A stretch of DNA of 64,000 bases from Rhizodiscina lignyota. Lineage: Eukaryota. A program made the position numbers and the translations under genes. Location of the stretch: assembly GCA_010015805.1 (NCBI GenBank), contig ML978145.1, positions 1 to 64,000 of the forward strand. Direction: 5' to 3'. The notes beneath the pieces were generated by a model. That model worked only from the letters and a program-made list of their open reading frames with translations, did no database searches and had not been told where the DNA came from. Below, in pieces: positions 62,924 to 64,000 of the stretch (the first letter of the stretch is position 1; each line of letters opens with the position of its first letter).

Positions 62924-64000
62924 ATGGAGGCAGACTGGGACGAGGTATGCCCCCGTGGAGCTTCAAAGGAACTCTAAGCCTATTTGCACACTTTTCTCGG
63001 CCATTCAAAGCTATTATGAGGGGATTGTACGAGACTGACGCGGTCTACCTCACAGGTCACCCTCATCCCGCATCCACCACCTGGAGTGCTTGCTGCTCCC
63101 ACACCCGTTACGACACTCGCGTTCGATACACAACAAGAGCTTCTATGGGCCGGCAACGACTATGTGAGTACGTTGCTTTTCGCGTCGATCCTCCCTATCC
63201 CTCTACGAGCCGCCAAACTCCGCATTTCCTTGTCCTTTCGACAATATGCTGATACTGGATATATCAGGGACGCGTCGCCTCCTTCTACGGCGCTGAGCTC
63301 CAGAAATACACTTCCTACAAGGGCCACCTAAGTTCTGAAGGCGCAGTCAAGCAGCTTCTCTTCTGCGACCGTGGCGTGCTAAGCGTATCGAGTCGCAGCG
63401 TGCATTTGGCGAGTCGAAGGGGCTTGACGCAGTGGCATTTGACGTGCGTACCTTACAATTAGGTATTGTGTTATGTGGGGATGAAGCTGATGAGAGAATA
63501 CCTTAGGAATGACGAATTCAAAGACTTACGATGCATGAGCTTCACGAGCAAGGGCACGCATGAACTGCTGATTGCGGGATGCCAGGATACGATGTTTAAG
63601 ATTGATGTGGAGAAAGGCACAATAGTCCAGACTGTGAGTTGATTGTTCGATGAGGGTTGAATAGTGGCTGAATGGTGTGCAGATACAAATAGAAGACCAA
63701 TATACCCTCATGAAGCGAGGAGGACAGTACATTTGTGCTGCGACAACAACCGGCACCATCAACCTCCTCGACCCCTCCACCTTCAAATTGATCAAGGCTT
63801 GGAGGGCGCACAATGGCCTCATCAATGACATGGATGCAAAGTCGGATTTCCTGGTGACTTGCGGCTGGTCATTGAGGCAGCAGCAAGGATATATGCTCGA
63901 TCCTCTGGCGAACGTCTTCGACCTAAAGACTCTCATGCCACTACCTCCCATTCCTTTCCAGCCTGGCGCAGCTTTCGTCAGGATGCATCCGAGGATGTCC
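62924..64000 (+). CDS. PAN2: PAN2 deadenylase subunit, 5' part (WD40 region), truncated by window end
   Basis: MEADWDE|...LAFDTQQELLWAGNDY|GRVASFYGAELQKYTSY...DFLVTCGWSLRQ...DPLANVFDLK...PPIPF. Confidence 0.92.

Overview
Eukaryotic, intron-containing DNA from a filamentous ascomycete (GT-AG introns of about 50-60 nt with CTRAC branch sites, RIP-mutated repeat; probably a Dothideomycete, which is an inference). Bases 1-~3950 are a RIP-destroyed mobile element whose minus strand can be read back into one ~1000-codon DUF3505 + tyrosine-recombinase-like ORF, followed by a 55-bp minisatellite. 5-20 kb is accessory: secreted alpha/beta hydrolase, Zn-ADH, HET and YCII pseudogenes, and an enoyl reductase/FAD monooxygenase (broken)/P450 trio with no backbone enzyme. 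20-37 kb holds a DUF262 (ParB/GmrS-like) gene, IPI1, dynein roadblock, DUF1348, a Prx5 peroxiredoxin, a Rab escort protein hosting an intronic C/D snoRNA, and a ~2430-aa secreted mucin with Apple/PAN-like domains. 37.6-52.6 kb is the most interesting block: an intact lamA (urea-carboxylase-like, PxpB/C-type) + lamB (PxpA/YcsF) + DUR3-like transporter module joined to a damaged Zn2Cys6 TF/MFS/P450 module. Core genes follow (HOT/ADHFE1, TRM7, MAK5, PCK1, 5' part of PAN2). Family calls are from motif recognition, not database searches; exon boundaries were read by eye.
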